Shown: positions 62,579 to 64,000 of the stretch, piece after piece
Layout: the number at the start of each line of letters is the position of its first letter
Numbering within the stretch: the first letter of the stretch is position 1
NCBI GenBank assembly: GCA_963845085.1
Contig: CAWJQI010000001.1
Span: 224,001-288,000, forward strand
Direction: 5' to 3'
Source of the DNA: Candidatus Fermentibacterota bacterium
Lineage (GTDB): Bacteria; Fermentibacterota; Fermentibacteria; Fermentibacterales; JCC-6
Length of the DNA stretch: 64,000 nt
Notes under the pieces: model-generated
Told to the model about the DNA's origin: nothing
Database searches by the model: none
Seen by the model: the letters and a program-made list of their open reading frames with translations, nothing else
Made by a program: the position numbers and the translations under genes

Positions 62579-63993
62579 CTTCCATTCTCCCTGCGCTGTT
62601 TCAGTATGTCCATGAAAGCCTCGATGCGGCTCCTCACCTGTTCGCTAATCCTTCCGGGACTGTAGGGCACATCGAAAGATAGAACCGGTATCCCCGTCTC
62701 GCGCTGGACAGCCTCCTGGATCACCCTGTCGTCCCATGCGCAATGACTTGCGCCGAAAATTCCGCTGATGAGCACCCCCTCCGCCCTGAAATGGCGGATG
62801 TCGTTCACGATGGCCCGTGCCCTCATGCTCGGCGGGCAGAGCAGCCTGTCGTCGAAGCAGTTCTCCGCAACCGCCGTGATGGGGTCGGTGTCGGTTCGCA
62901 GAGGAAGAAAGGCGTGGTTTATAAAATAGTCGGTACCCGCAATGCACCCTCCCAGTTCCTCGAGCAGGGTGATCAGGGAGGCATCGGTGGGCGGGAAGAC
63001 CCAGTAGACACGAAGCGGCGGTTCATCGCCCGGCAGCGGGGACCTGCCGGCGGCGAGCCTTTCGCGCGCCACATCCAGAAGCCCGGAGAGAACCGGAAAG
63101 CACTCCGCCGGGTCGCTGCAGGTGTGGATCGCGATGAACTCGGCCAGGTACATCTCAAGCCCCGGAAGGGGAGGACGATCCGCCTGGTAAACGAGTTCCC
63201 TGAGCTCCCTCACCATGCCGCGAAGCCTGTTGAAGAGCGCAACGCTTGCTGCGAGCATTCCGTCGGTGCAGCGCACGCCCGTGGTTTCCTCAAGAGCGGA
63301 GACGACACCGGCAAGCTGCGCCTTGAGGTAGTCGAGGTCGCGCGCGGAATATGGAACCCCCCCGAAGGGGGTCACGTCTGCGCTGCCGCCCGGCACGGGG
63401 GCGGTCATTTCCCACCAGTGAACCGGAATGCCCATTCCCTCAACGAGCTGCATGACGGCACTGAAGTCGTCGCAGCAGGCTCCCACGCCGGCCACGCACA
63501 GGTCGGGTCTGGGAAAGTAGTCAAGGGTTTTCATGGCGCCGAGAACAGCCCTGACGTAGCACAACTCCTCGGTGGCGCCCAGCTCCGATGCGTGAACCAG
63601 AAGGTGTGTGCTCTCAGCGAAGCATGGCGCCCACCAGAGCTCGTCGGCATAGAAGGACAGCTGGCCGGGGAACGCGTACGCGAGGACCGCCGTCTGACCA
63701 AGGTCCTTCATCAGGGCGATGATTCGGGCGCCGCTGTTCTTCGCGAGGAAAAGCCTGTCCTTCTCGCTGAAAAGGAAGGCCCAAAGACGAAGGGCCTCTG
63801 GTGAGCTGTCGAACATGAGCCTTCTGAGAAGCAGGTCGCCCCGGCACGAATACTCCCACGGCGTGAAAAGGTACGAAACCCCGCCGGGGATCATGTCACG
63901 GAGAAAACGGCAGGATGCGGCGAACGAGGGAGGAAGCGCCCGAGCACGGGGTTCCCACTCAAGGGCGGTGAGCTTCTTCACGGGATCATGCAT
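62575..63993 (-). CDS. Divergent 2-hydroxyacyl-CoA dehydratase D-family subunit
   Basis: ELCYVRA, GACCDDFS, ASHC, GIPVLSFD, QVRSRIEAFMDIL; coupled to the downstream paralogue. Confidence 0.75.
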   Translation of the reverse strand: MHDPVKKLTALEWEPRARALPPSFAASCRFLRDMIPGGVSYLFTPWEYSCRGDLLLRRLMFDSSPEALRLWAFLFSEKDRLFLAKNSGARIIALMKDLGQTAVLAYAFPGQLSFYADELWWAPCFAESTHLLVHASELGATEELCYVRAVLGAMKTLDYFPRPDLCVAGVGACCDDFSAVMQLVEGMGIPVHWWEMTAPVPGGSADVTPFGGVPYSARDLDYLKAQLAGVVSALEETTGVRCTDGMLAASVALFNRLRGMVRELRELVYQADRPPLPGLEMYLAEFIAIHTCSDPAECFPVLSGLLDVARERLAAGRSPLPGDEPPLRVYWVFPPTDASLITLLEELGGCIAGTDYFINHAFLPLRTDTDPITAVAENCFDDRLLCPPSMRARAIVNDIRHFRAEGVLISGIFGASHCAWDDRVIQEAVQRETGIPVLSFDVPYSPGRISEQVRSRIEAFMDILKQRRENGR

Positions 63994-64000
63994 TCATGCC

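Overview
GC-rich bacterial chromosomal window with a diderm FCB-superphylum signature: fused lpxC-fabZ, a SprA-like T9SS translocon and a T9SS C-terminal sorting-domain protein. It resembles Candidatus Fermentibacterota, but that is an impression, not a test. Left to right: partial amidohydrolase and a GGDEF protein; an operon of five lipoproteins built from 9 copies of one uncharacterised ~85-aa acidic domain (3 more divergent copies nearby); histidine kinase, methyltransferase and GT-C glycosyltransferase; a type IV pilus locus (two pilins each with a sigma-54 promoter, pilR, pilS, pilC, pilT, two tandem pilB) directly downstream of sprA; lptFG, flavodoxin, serC, ligA, an M1-like pseudopeptidase; an envelope superoperon (prfB with programmed frameshift, lysS, lolC/E, lolD, clpC, bamA, skp, lpxD, lpxC-fabZ, lpxA, ECF sigma/anti-sigma); a candidate 6S-like RNA; PTS-IIA/PII fusion, glyA, CoADR-rhodanese-TusA-DsrE fusion; an AEC transporter whose 3' end is duplicated around a ~2-kb integrase-free cassette carrying a T9SS substrate; and a double-cubane/2-hydroxyacyl-CoA dehydratase-type Fe-S trio. 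About ten single-base indels split genes and look like long-read errors. No rRNA, tRNA, CRISPR array or transposase was recognised.
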